Assembly: GCA_964057225.1 (NCBI GenBank)
Contig: OZ059898.1
Coordinates: forward strand, 13,764,001-13,828,000
Source: Auanema rhodensis
Lineage: Eukaryota; Animalia; Nematoda
Length of the DNA: 64,000 nucleotides
Direction of reading: 5' to 3'
Shown here: in pieces, positions 12,101 to 28,200 of the stretch
Numbering within the stretch: position 1 is the first letter of the stretch
Layout: each line of letters opens with the position of its first letter
Translations under genes and position numbers: made by a program
Notes under the pieces: model-generated
Seen by the model: the letters and a program-made list of their open reading frames with translations, nothing else
The model's database searches: none
Told to the model about the DNA's origin: nothing

Positions 12101-14462
12101 TTGTTAGTTCAATCAAATAGAGATAGATAGATAAATCATATGAAGCTTGATATCCGTGCCAGCCTCACCTGCTCGTGCTTTTTCCTATCCTCTTTACCTT
12201 TATAAGCAAGTTTTTTTCTCATATTGTTTGTACTTTCTTGTCGAATTTCAACAAATATCATCTTGAAGGCAAAACCTTCAAAATTTTGAGAAGATCATAA
12301 TAATGCAACCGCGTGACCACATAATAATTGTAGAAATGAACATACACATAGATTGCCACTCAGACGTGGCAGTGTACGTGAACTTTAGACGGCCCATGTA
12401 CCATATCATGCTAATTTCATTAAGTTGATGAGTAGAATAAGGGGCAATGAGATGCAGATATTAGCACATAGCCGTCATATTTATGATGACATGATCACCA
12501 TCCCTAAATCATATGTGATATCAAATATTATACTCACAATCTTTATTCTTGTCGTCGTCTTCCCAGTCGTTTTTTTCGTTTTCATTCATCTTTAACATAT
12601 ACTTGATTTGCTCATGTGTGACGATCAATGACGCACAGAGCATGTGTCTGACTCAACAATCTGCAAAGTATTGTAGAGTGTTTCCTTCACGTTACCTTAT
12701 GTAGTATATTATTAATTTATGTTTATTACGATTATATTTAGTTATGTATATCTGTTACATATACATATAGATATTCATACATTTATAGATAAAAGAGCAA
12801 AAGACTCTCAAACAATGTCATCTTTAAGAGAAAATAAAGCGAATCTTTAAAATTTACGGTCCACTAGATAGGCTTTTGTAGGATTCAGGAAACTTCAACC
12901 TATAACGACGACCTTTTAACATCAGCCCCATATCTGAGCGATAATGATTTCAAGAAAAAAAAGTGGAAACTTGTGATGAAAACATATTACAACTGGAATT
13001 TGTCTTGAGAAAAATTTGTAGCTTTTGATTCATTGAAGCGGATACTTAATAGCTTACCAACTAGCCTGCCTGTTCATTTGATTATTATTTTCAAAATTAC
13101 TCCGCTCTCGCACTTCTGCCTGATGTCTTTTAATTTCTGTACATCTCCCTCTTAAAATCTGCTGTCATTTCGTTCAAATTGTCTCACTGTAGTCTCTATG
13201 AGACAGACATTTTCTCTGCTGCTTCGTTCTGATTAGGCTGCTCATTCGCCCGCTCTCTAATTAGACAAAAGATACACTGAGCTGCCAAACTAATCCGCCT
13301 ACCAGCCATCTTACTTTTCATGTATTTTTATTTCTTTCTTCATCTAACCGCCAAAATACATCATGTTTATTGTATTTAAGCTCCTTTCCTTCATTTGCTC
13401 ATCCTGAGTATTGTTGTTCTTACAGCGAGATTAACCTCAAATAAATGTAACGATAATAATTTTTCTTATCCTTGTCTGTCAGCAACCGATCCCTGCCCCC
13501 TCCCTATTCGCTTTTGAAAGACGGTGGAATATTTTTCAGAGCCGAAAACTTTGTTATTAGTATTGCTCTTTCCCACTCTGTCTCCTGCGTCTCGCTCCTT
13601 CCCTTGCTCTTTTTTTCTTTTCCTCTCTCTCTTTTTTCCAATTCTGCTTATTTTATTTCCAACCTCTCTCTCTTTCCCTCTATCCCTCAAACAACTTCTT
13701 TATTTCTCTCTTTCTTGGTCGCTACTCAATCATTCGTCGCCGAAGTCGTCGTTGCTCGTTCGGCTTCGTTATCTATTCGTAGCGGGATATTTGTGTCGAT
13801 CATCACTAATGAGTCTGCCCGAAATGCTTGATGCCACCAACGTGAAGTTCTCTTATTTTTCTTAGAATTTTGGCACACAGTAAGATAAGTATCAGCGCAA
13901 CGCCTGCAAAGCCAATTAGATAGTTGACAAGAATGTGCGAAGATAAGGATGCACTATGCATTACCAAACCTACGGTGTTCTTCCCAACAAACATCATAGA
14001 GATCGTTGTATAACCTAGGAGGTATACTGTAAAAGCTTCACGTAATGCATGCAAACACGTGTATACGAGAAATATGAGGACAAACAAGCCGTAAAGGGCA
14101 GGAAGTACCATGGTCAAAGCCAGTTACGTTTCGTCCAGACATACAAGCCTTTATGATTTCCTTCCACCTTTCCTTCCTCTACCTTGCATACCGATGCCGA
14201 CACAACGATGAAGGATTCACAGACCATTTTGCTCTATCTTTGCCGAATTCGATCATAGATATGATTTTTATGGTCGGTAAATGCAATTTCAACGACGTCT
14301 GAGCAAAGAATGCTATCTTGACCTAATGTTGTATCTCCTCTCTCACACATCTATGACCAATCTCTATCATTTTTCAATGTTGATTTGACTTCTTTCGATT
14401 TCCAATAAATTTTCTTCATTGTTATAGCTAAACACTAATAGTACATAGGTCGCTCTTTTACT

Positions 14463-14466
<4 letters not shown>

Positions 14467-14498
<32 letters not shown>
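14467..14498. repeat. (GA)n microsatellite
   Basis: Uninterrupted GA dinucleotide run. Confidence 0.95.
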
Positions 14499-14505
<7 letters not shown>

Positions 14506-17500
14506 GGGAATACCAGCACCTTCGGGTGCAAATAACGTTTTCGATGAAATTCGCCCACAGCTGAGCACATATTCTTACATGAACTACTCTCCTTTTTCTT
14601 TGGCTAATTTTACCATTCTCTCTTTTCTTTCTCGGTCTCTTCTAATTTGATATCTCTATTGGATGTTTTTTGGTTTACGCCCAAGAAAACAACGGGCAAC
14701 AAACAAAAGTTGGGTCGAGGGTCACTGTAACATCGCGAGAAGAATAGAAAAAGACAGATATAGCTAGGATCATAAAACTCATAATGATTTAGACATGCTC
14801 GAAAGTTGTTCGATGATGATAACCCTTCTGGCATTTCCATTCGGCTTGTCATCTGTAAACGATAAGCTGTTTGTTTGGTATCTTATTAGATCTCATTATA
14901 TGTCTGAGAACAAGCACATCTTCTCTCTGTCGTCGTGGCAACACTCGTCTGATCAGAATCCGCCAAATGAGTCTGATTGCTTCAGCAATCAGATTTCACA
15001 TTTCCGTTGATAATTCAGTTTTTCTTTTCTTGAGCAATACTAATTTTTTGAATCTCGTTTACCATCATGTTCTTAGCATTCTTCTAAGATTTTCTTTCAT
15101 TTAACTTTATCCTAACCAGCTAATCTTCTCTGATATATTCATAATTTTGCATATTCTCTTGATTCTCAGCCCTAGCTCCTTTTATAACGTCCTCGTCCGT
15201 CTTATATGGATAGGTTCTTTTGTATTTCCTAAGGCCAGCCAGAAAGACTTGTTGTTGGCTCAGCGAACTCTTTCTGGTCCACTGACGATATATGGCCAGG
15301 AGTTGCGCGACGGGCTGTCCAGAATCACTCTAGCTAACCGAAGTTAGAAGTTATAATGGAGGAAACACAGAGAGAGATGGTTAGAGAGATTTCATAGAGA
15401 AAGAGAGACGTTGAGAATGAGAAAGAGAAAAAGTGATCAAGCGAGAATATATGAGCATTCAGAGAGATTCTGATAGTTGAAAGAGATTTGGTCAGCTGGC
15501 AGTGTTTCTAGAATAGGTAACTTACTAGATGATTTTCTCGTTTGTTAAACCGTAAGTAATTACCTTCTGGCTAATTACCAGTGTCTCATTTTGCTCTTAT
15601 TCTCTGCCTCTCTCCTAATACCGATATAAATCATTATCCCTAACTTACATACACGTTCATCTGTATTGTCTACTGATTATTATCTGCAACTTGCATATGT
15701 TCGTGCCAACATGTTATGTAAATAACACCTTATCCTCATGTTCTGTCAACTATATCTTCATATACCTTTAGTTTTCCTTGTTTTCGTTAGACAGACCACA
15801 CATTCCGATGACTGCCAAATGGATTTTGAGACTTTGGAGATTTAGTCACGTAGTTGAAAGTAGCTAATAATAAAGAATAAAGGAAAAGAAGATTATAGAG
15901 GAATCCGGAATTTCGTATGATGTGTTAGAAGGCTGGTTGGTGGGGCCCTGGCCCTACTATCCTGTCCTCCTTGTATCCTGGTCCACTATACTGTTGTCAA
16001 CAGTCGCTGTGGACAACAGGACAGATGAGGATCATCGACATGGGTGTCGATTTTCACGTCTTCAATGTTCACCCAAGTTCATCAAGCCTAACATCGCCAT
16101 CCTTCAATCCACAGTGTCCTTCATTGCTGACTAGCACCTGACCAGCTGAGTGGCTGAAGAAGAAGATTAACGTCGATATTGCAGGATTTCTGTCCTGCTA
16201 ATCGTATTCTCACTTCAATTAATCCGTTACTCTATCCAATCTCACCGTTTCTAAACCTTTGGCTGTTTTCAATTCTGCTCATAATCAGCACAGTTATCTG
16301 ATTTCAATCGTTTTGGCTCAGCTTTTTCTTTTAACCTTTATGCATGTTTTATCAAATCGTACGAAATCAGCTTGAAGCTGTATAGTACTTGAGTTTTGAT
16401 TTTTGAAAATATATAATAGCATAACAAGACTTTAGTGTTCACTTGCCAAAAGAGAGTTATTCTGTAACTCCTTCTCAAACTTTTTTTGTAAACTTGAAAT
16501 CTTTACGATGTGATCCCGGCTTTTTTTTCTGAACCATATTGCAACTTCTGTAACCTGACCTAATATATCGGCATTCAATGCTGCCACATATGTTATATGC
16601 TGGCAAAGAAAATTTGAAATTCAAAAAAACTTTTTGTTTCGACTGTAAAGTCAAAAATGGTACACAGCCGGCGTAAAATTTAAATTTTTCTTTTCTAGAT
16701 TTCCTGATTCAATCAGGTCTTTATGAATGGGCTCTAAAGAGTAATATTGTGATAGTGCGGCGCTTGCAGAAAAAACGAATAAGAGTTGAATGAGCAATTG
16801 GCAGACGCTCATGATTCTGATTAGCGGTTGACACTTGTCAGAAGGAAAAAGTAGTTGTTTGTATCTTGATACGGATATACCAATCTATTTAACAATATAT
16901 ATATAAATATACATATGAGTGTATATATAGATATATGTTTGAATATTCCTTTGTCTATTCTGCTGTCTCCACAGCTACACGTGCTCTCAGATGACTATCT
17001 TAGTTGGTCCTTCGATTCTATTGTTCGTTGGCGGCTGTGTATGTATGTATATATCTATCTATATATATATAATATATATGTGTGTATGTGAATGTGTATG
17101 GGAGTATCTGTCTGGTTAAGAGAGAGAGAGATAGAGAGATTGATAGAGAGAGAGCCCTGTAAAATATACGAGACCATATGAGAACATACAGGAAGAAGCT
17201 AGGGATAATACTGATTGTGCTGCTGTTCGCTCTTTAGCAGTTTCGAGTTCCTGCATTTTCTTCTGAATAGGTAGTTTTTTGCTTGGATGCCACAGTATCA
17301 TTGATTTTGACTGGATTTGGTTCGTTGGCTTTTGATGCGTTACGTCTAACACTATTTCACCTACCATGTCGTTCATGATCATAATGAGCATGTTGACGTC
17401 GTTCATCATATTTTCCTCTTTTCCTACTTGAAATCATCAATTATTTATAAAACTTAATTGATAATTTATTAGATTATTATTATTCTGGTTTCACATATGC

Positions 17501-18157
17501 CCAAGTCAAAGTTTCAATTTGATAAAACCTTTTTCGCTTTTTTAGATTTTATCTTTATAATTTGAAGATGTTCCAATCAAATTCTCAGGCGAACATCATG
17601 AGCTTATGCCCTCGATTCTCTCAAGTACGATACTCAAGGCGTTTTACAGCCTGCCTGAACACAGTTCAAGTTTTCAATTTTGTATTCAGGTCTTGAAAAG
17701 TTCATAAACTGAACAGAACCATCATGACCTTTACGATACACGAATTTTCCCTATATTCTTCCAAACATCGGTAATATTCCATCTTAAATCTGAAAAGGGT
17801 AGACTTATTTGTCTGAGAAACATGCTGATTTCCCAAACTTTTGCTCAAGCCAGATGTGTGCAATTTGTTCAAATCAATATTTTTGTATCCATACGATATG
17901 AAATGCTTAAACTGTATAGTAGGCTTACCTGATTCTCGTATAGATTCATGAGGAAAAGTAAAAGAGAAAATGGTGTATGTGAAATCATTTTATAGCTTCA
18001 TTGCGCAACTCTCTATTCAATTCGTACCTCTTTTATTCAGTTATAATAAAAGGAATGGTCAGCTAGCACAGCATTGTTATGACCTCTACCCTATTACCTG
18101 ATAACAAATTGTGAAGAGAAAGGTGTGTTTAAAAGAAAAAAACATAAAGAAATAGAT

Positions 18158-18185
18158 TGAGAGAGAAAAAGAGAAAGAGAGAGAA

Positions 18186-18220
<35 letters not shown>

Positions 18221-18225
18221 AGAGA
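18158..18225. repeat. Imperfect (GA)n/(GAGAAA) microsatellite
   Basis: Purine-only GA-rich run. Confidence 0.9.
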
Positions 18226-18843
18226 AATAAAGCTTTGCTAACCGTTCTATATGTATAGTTCTGACATAAATGAAGAAAATGAAACGTTAATCTTACGAGA
18301 ATTTCACGTACGTATGCAAATTTTTTTCAAATGAAAAAGACTTACTTACGTGAAATTATATTATTATTATTATTCTATTATAATCAAATACAATTTTCTT
18401 TGAAACTTATATATTTTAGTTTAATTTGTTTTGTTTTATCACCGTCAAATTCTTTAAAATATTTTCATTATGCATTTAAAGGCGGAAACTTGCGAATGAA
18501 AGACAGTATAAGATTCAGGTCAAGAGATATTGCAATTCTAAGTTAGCTATTAAGAACATTATTTCTTGTCTTAGGACATACTGTGTAAAACGTTTAAATC
18601 CTCATCAACATCATCATCCATAGTCCATCCGCTCACACATACGGACGGCACGAAGGCTTCAATCGCTGTCTCTTGATCTATCTTCTTCAGCCTTATGTTG
18701 CATCTCTCTTGAAAAGACCTTGAAGAGGTTTTTAGGCTCCTTATTAGTATGTATGTATCTACTATTGTCTTGTTTCTAGTAAGTAGGCAATCCGGTTAAT
18801 GGACGGCTGGATAGAGCTCTACATACATTCTACATACGCATAA

Positions 18844-18865
18844 ACTGACTGACTGACTGACTGAC
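18844..18865. repeat. (ACTG)n tetranucleotide microsatellite
   Basis: actgactgactgactgactgac. Confidence 0.9.
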
Positions 18866-21800
18866 TAGACAAATCTAAGGATAGCAGTAAGAGTTGTATT
18901 AGAAGTCAGACTCATATAGATAAATTGATAAAGATATAGATAATGGGTTATTGGATGAAAAAGAAATCCAACTATAAGACTAATTCCAAAATCTTAATCA
19001 AAGAGTTCTCGTTGTTTATAGGACTTAACATCAAGATTAGGCAAAATGCTGCATCTTCTTTCTTCCGCCTACAAATGTCAGAAAAATTGAGTTTTGTTCC
19101 AATTCATCTTTAGTTTTTGATATTTTCTTTTCCATTTTTTTACTGAAATCTGTTTTATTCAATGTGATCTTTTCTACATGATAGTACTACACTGAGCTAC
19201 TTGATTCATAACATTCCTTCGTTGAATGTTTTAGATTTCTAACTCTTATCATCTGATAATTGAAAAAGATCTATCCAACCTTTCAATAACATTTGCATTT
19301 TAATAATATTTATTGGTAAAATGAAATGTTAGGTGGGACAAATTCAAGAAGTGGTCTTATTATCCGAATAAGCCTTTTTATGGATTAGAGGACAAACTTG
19401 CATCCTGCCATTCTAGCTAAGCTTACATCATTTACTTTTCTTCTGAATGAGGTGAAGTTGTTGAAATGAAAAGTCAAAAGTGTGGCAGATCAGACGACTT
19501 TTCACTGAAGTCTTTTCCCGTTCCGATTTTTCTGTATTCGAATCTTCCGTTCATATATTCCAATTTCCGGACTTATTTTCGTCGCAGAATCTTGTTTTCC
19601 AGCTTCTATGTCATTTCTGCCGACGACTTTCAGACACACACAAAAAAGAGTAGACTGAAAAGAGAAATACAAAAGAGGGATAGAGAGAGGGAGAGATGGA
19701 AAGCGAGTAAGTATGAATGGAAAGCAAAGCAGTGAGCAAGTCGTCGTCACCATCATCGTTGTCGTCGTGGACGACGCAACAACAACAGTCACGACGACGT
19801 CCGCAGATACCTCCAAGCTTTAGAATCTTAGAGTTTGTACCTATTGGAGTTCTCTCCTGGCTCATTCTTTTATGCTTTGAATTTTTCTACTTGTGTTATT
19901 TGGCAGCACCCCCCCCCCCTCTTTTGCTTCAACTTTACCTCAGTATTACATGACAAAAATTGAAAACATAGACCACAGTGAGAAACGAATGACTACATCG
20001 TATTTCGAATTGCAGTATGTACAACTTAATCATTTTAAACTTGGCCAACGTATACCAGCGTGATTTTTAAGAATTTTTACAGTCACGTTATCTGATACCC
20101 AACTTGAATTTTCACACGAGAAGTGTAGTCCTCAAATTCTTGGATGCTTGTCTGCAAAGAGACCAAATGGTATAAGAAACGATACGATTCCGTTATTCGT
20201 ATACATACATACATATGTACACGACCACGATCTAAGAGAGTATACAAGAAGAGAGGTACAAAGAGAGGGAGAGAGAAAAGGAGGGAAAGAGAGGGAGAAG
20301 AAAGTGAAGATGAAGAAGATGATGGTAGAAAGAATTTTTCATTTCGATTATTTCCCTTCTACTTCTCTCCCTCCCTCTCTATTATTCATTTCTTCTCTCT
20401 TTATGTACACAGAAACAGACTGTGATACACAGTGAACTACGACAACGTTGGTGAGTAGGAGGTAGACATTTGATGACAACGACATCTAGAATGAGGTAAC
20501 GGAGGAGCATTGAGGATCATTGAAAGATATCGAATTCACAGTCGCAGTCATGATAATTTGATGGTTGTATTCCTCTCTTGCTATCTACTGTATCAATAAT
20601 CTGAGACGAAATCTCATCATTACAACCCTCTCTACCACCACTACCATCATCTCCATCCTCATCATCCTCATCGTCGTCCTCGTTGTCTTCAATCATCGTA
20701 GTTGGCGGTCCCCCTTCTCTTCCTTCTTTCTTTTTTCTATTTCTCTGTTACTCTCATCTTTTTCTCACTTATTTCCTTCTTCTCTCTTCTTTCTATCTCT
20801 GTCCCTCTTTCAGCCTGCTCCACTTCCACAGCCATCCTCCAACGCCAACATGCCAGCCACAACCAACCAGCCCAGTCAGGCAACAACCAGTTCACACCTC
20901 TGAATCCCGTCCTCCTTCACTCACCTACCCATTCTCACATGTTCAATAGCGCTACTTAAAAACTTATCTTCAGAAAGACCTTAAGGTCGTCCATTATCTC
21001 TCTTTTCCTTTCTCAAAAAAAGTTGCTTTCGCTTACTTCTCCTTTATTCATTGTTCTTACTTGTCTTCATCTTCTCTACTCCATCCAGGTTTCTGAGCAT
21101 CTTTATTGAACACAAATCTTCAATAAAGCGAGAAAAATCTTTCCAAGTCAGAAACATTGTGCAATAATCCGGAGGATGCAGTGGCTTTATCTTTCTACCC
21201 TCTTTCCTTGAATGATAAGGCATAATCTGTCATTTAGTTATATATACCCTTTCAATTTTTACTCCACCTCCTCCTTTCTCACCTTTCCCACAAGCTAAAA
21301 CCCCTCCCACATCAAATCTATCTTTTGATTTTTTGCATTTTTTCTTCTTGATTTTTCACTTGTCAGTTTTCAACCAATTGTTCTGATTGTTTCTATATAA
21401 TGAATTGCTTTTCTCATAATTATCCGTCGGATTGTGAGTGCCGGCTATCATATGAAGCCTATATCCTTTTACAAATTTTTTGATTATTATGAAAACTGCT
21501 TGAAGAAAAACTTCCTTTTTTGATACTATGACCTATCCGCAAAGTCATGCAACTACACTGTCGATCCTAACTAAGGGAAGGGACAATTCAGGAAACTGTC
21601 TGCATCAGATACCGATGCGACAACTTCACAAATTGTACCGCAATTAGCTGACGCAGTTCATATAACGTTATATTTCTGTTTCTCTTGTTATTTTCTCTCT
21701 ATATATACTACTATATCGATATTTTGTTTTGGCTTGATGTAGAACCAGCTGGACCAATACTGGCCAGTGTCCGACGTCCGTCTATCTAAATGACTTACGT

Positions 21801-21937
21801 AATGTACCTGATATTTGTGTATATATCATATCTGGCATCAAAGCATTGGTCACCTATTCATAAATCCTCGGAATCAATCCTCCGGATCTTTTCCTTTTCA
21901 ATTTCCGAAAAATGTTGTCCACGTGTTGCGTCTGACA

Positions 21938-22072
21938 ACGGCCGTCTCGGCATTCCCATGCCAGCGGCGGGCCAGCATGGGCGTGGCTGGCTGACGGTAG
22001 CTCCGCCCTAGTGGCGTACCATGATTGGCCTGACACGCCCCTGTTCTCGGCAGGGTGCACTCAGGCGGCGCT
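21938..22072 (+). promoter_or_regulatory. GC-rich proximal promoter of sox-2
   Basis: GC island in an AT-rich background with GC/KLF boxes (GGGCGTGGC, CTCCGCCC, CACGCCC) and an inverted CCAAT (GATTGG), ~0.9 kb upstream of the sox-2 ATG. Confidence 0.6.
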
Positions 22073-22965
22073 CATCTATTGTGTCTATCGGGGCTAGTGG
22101 TCGTGTTCAGCACAACGTCGTCTACATCGACGACGACGTTGAATCCCATCTATACATCCAATCCATCTATAGATTCTTTAGCCAATAGCCTTTTGTGGAT
22201 CTATTTCTTATGATGAATCCTTTTGTGTTAATGCGTGTATGTGGGATGTGCCTCTCTTAGTCTGTCTCTCTGTCTCTATCTCTCTATGATATTTTAAATA
22301 CAAACATATATTTATATATTTATATATTTATAGTAACTTATTGATATCTACAAGTCTTTTTTTAGTTGATATTTCTATATTTTATCTTTTAAGCTTTCTC
22401 AGCAATTATTTCAATGCAGTTATCATACTAGAAGCTGACTTGAGACTCAATTCTTCTTGCAACCTGTTTTCCCCTTTACTTCATATGAAAAGCAAATGAT
22501 TAGTTTGTATATTTTGATTACCAGTTAGCTCATTAACATCATTTACTCTGATTTCTATATGCTTCATCCCATGCAGTACAGCTGTCGGTTCAATAAACCG
22601 CCAGCTATCTGCTCACAAACTTCTTCATATTCTTCAATATTTATATCTTAATCAGTATTAGGCTTTCAGGCTTTCATTCATAATATTTATTTTTATTCTT
22701 TAAATCTTATACTTAAAATTTATATTCTGCTTTTATTTCATTTTTGTTCAATATTCATTATATTTTCTTCAGAATCAATCTCAGCAATACCTAAGGAATT
22801 GAAAAAGGATACAAAGAACCAATAGAGAAAGACGTTAACTTTTAAAAAACTTTCGTTTTGCTTCATCAATCTCTGAGTGTCATTCGTTTTTCCTTTCTAC
22901 TCCTCTTTGTCGTTCACACGAGCCCATATCTTCAACTTCTGTAACCAATTGCTCCTTCTGATATC

Positions 22966-25248
<2,283 letters not shown>

Positions 25249-28200
25249 GCTTTACAAGCAATCAGATGATATCTTGGCGTCGACTCATCTCTTCCCAGAC
25301 CTTGACGTCATGTCTTCTGCCTTATGAGTAGCCTATTTAAGTTTTTGTATAATTTTATATAAAATAATAAATGTATATGTGCAGCCGATTATTCTCAGTT
25401 AACTCATCATCTGAATTCATCTCCTAGTATTCGAAGAGGGACTATTTTCTCTTTCTCCCTTCTTTATTCCCTCGCACTCCAACCTCTTCGGGCGAAAATT
25501 ACATTTTTTTCTCTCTGCGGGTTGTTTTCCTCCCATTTCCTTAAAGAACGAAAATCTTCGTTGCCATGTTTATTATATTCCACTCAATCAATCACATCAA
25601 ATATTGCATAAATTTTGAGAATAAAATTTTAATAATCAACTTGATATCTTCTGTATCTAAGATTAACATCTTTTTTCCAATCAGTTATATACTGAAACTC
25701 CCGTTCATTTTTGAACAACACATTTTATTTTGTCTTTAATAACGTGCCAACAACCCTCTTATATTAACTTCTTGAGCTCAGGAACCGAATTTCTCTCTCT
25801 CAGAGCATTTCAGTTGTGCTCTTTATCTACATCTACCTACCTATATACATACATACATACAAACTACATATATAATATTTTCTTTCCATTGTTAGTTCTC
25901 TGACAATTTTCCTTACAAACATTTTTAATTATGCAATGGTTAGACTTTTCCTATTTCCGGAAAGTTATAATGTGTGTTAGCTCATTAAGTCAAGCCCATA
26001 TAAATATGTGTATATTGTGATAGTTATGTGACTTATATACATTTTGGTACAATAGATTACATAATACTTTGTATTCGTACCTGTTTATTCGTTATCTTTC
26101 TTATTTCAATCCTCTGTTGTTCACTTCAAACTCTTTAAAAATGCTCTCTCTTTCTTTCTTTCTCTCTCTCTCTCTCCCTCTTATTTTCTTCTTTCAGTCT
26201 TGTATCTCTCCTCTCTTCCACCCTTTCTTCTCCCATATACACCCTCTCTTTTTACTTGTAATGAATTATGTTTTTCATTCATTTTAATTTGTTTCTATTT
26301 CAAAGTATTTGTGTTCATGACTCTTTCAAATATATCTATATATATTATATAAATATATTTTAATAGTCCATTATATATTTTTCAAATTTCATTAGCAGCC
26401 ACACACATACATATACATACATACATGCAACTGTCGAAAGTATGATGTCAGCAAATTCTTATGTATCTTGTGAAATTACAATTGTATTTCTCAACAGCGT
26501 TTTACAGTGTCTCTTCGGAATTTTCGATAAATTATTATCATATTTCTTATCAATATGTGTTTTTTCTAACAAATACATCAAATATGGAAGCAAACTAGAT
26601 ATTTATATCTCTGTTACAAATGCTAAAACAACAAGATAAAAGTATTGAAAGAGCTTAATTCAAATGTCAAGTTATTCTAAAAAACCTCATAAAAGATATA
26701 CAGATGTATCGTTGATTGCTAAACTGAAGGGAGAAGATCCGCCGGTCATATGGGAATCTGTCTGTTAAACAATTTCTTTTAAAAGGTCTTAGCATCCACC
26801 TTGGACTCAGTAATAGGTCATCACTAAGCTGTGAACATGGTCAGAGGACATACTACATTTATTACAGTTTACATCTATCAATAGAAAAAGAAAACAAGAA
26901 GAAAGGTATTGATAAAAGGGGGGCCTATTTGATTTTGGTTTTTTTTAATGATTTTTCACAGAGTGTGGAGATTTTCTGTTTTATAACCTATATATACATA
27001 TATATTATTTTTATTATTATTATTATTATTATTATGTGTACACGAATGCATAGAGGAAATAAATAAAAAGTCGAAAACCTCTACCACAGCTCCTATCTAC
27101 CACCCGCTGTTGTACGTAGATGCTTGCCCAAGCGCCCACACATTCAAGCATAAGAGCTCATATGCTGTCGAATACAGCCTTAATTGCATTGTTGTTCAAA
27201 TCGCAGAGCATAGCATAGTAAAGCTAGTCAGAATATAGAAAAAGAATAAATTCTGGAATAAAGAGCGAGTGATATTGAGAGAATGAGAAAGAGAGGGGGG
27301 GGGGGGTTGTAGATTTCAGTCTTTGTTGGGGGATTCATTGATAGAGTTTGTGCCAAATTCAAAAAAGAAGGTAAACTTATTGAAAGAAGATGAGGAAATA
27401 TTTGTGTGTGCATGAAAGATTTTTGTTGTTTATGATTATGATTGTCTTCAAGTTTTTTCTTACAATGATCAATAACTTTTTTTCATTCAAATATATAATT
27501 ATTATTATGATTTTGGTCATATGTTAACAACGTGTTTCTCAATTTTTGGAAGATGTTACGTAATTTTTGACGCCGACCAAGCAGATCATTTCTAGTATGT
27601 ATAGCATTTGAAGCGGTTGTGTTCACGAAAAGGACTTCTTCTTCATTCTGTATACTTGCTATATTGGCGAGAACGGTCAACGAGAGGTGAAACCTATGTA
27701 TGTATATTGCTCTTAGCATGAACATGTGTACCGTGATCATTTCCTCGTGTTCTTCCTTCTAATTCAACTTTCACTAGTTTTATTTCTTCTTCTTTTTCTT
27801 CTTCTTCACAACATATTCATGTTCGGGTGACAGCAAAGGCGTGAGTAAGCGCATCAAAGACAAACAACATGCTCTTCGCCTCTTGACACCGTGTAAAACA
27901 GCTTGTTGCTCTTGCTGACCGTAGCCGAAGGGACCTTCTGTTTTCAACCGACCACCGTGCTCTCCAGCTGTTTCCGTTCTTCTCATCAGCTGCCGCACTT
28001 GTTTCCTTTTTTTTCAAGAGATTATTCAGAAATACAAGTGACCCTACTAATTTAGCGAGACATAGAAAAATAGTACTAATCCGCTTTTGAGATTTACTAT
28101 TGGTAGCATGTTGGTTCTTCTGATGAGAGTTTGTAAGTATCAAGGTTATCTCTCATCTTTGAACTTTTGCCCATTTGTCAAGAAAAAGCTTGCTACTACA

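Noticed and set aside
9844-22060. Numerous 60-120 aa ORFs upstream of sox-2
   Set aside because: They are low-complexity translations of GA/CT tracts with no splice chain or recognisable domain.
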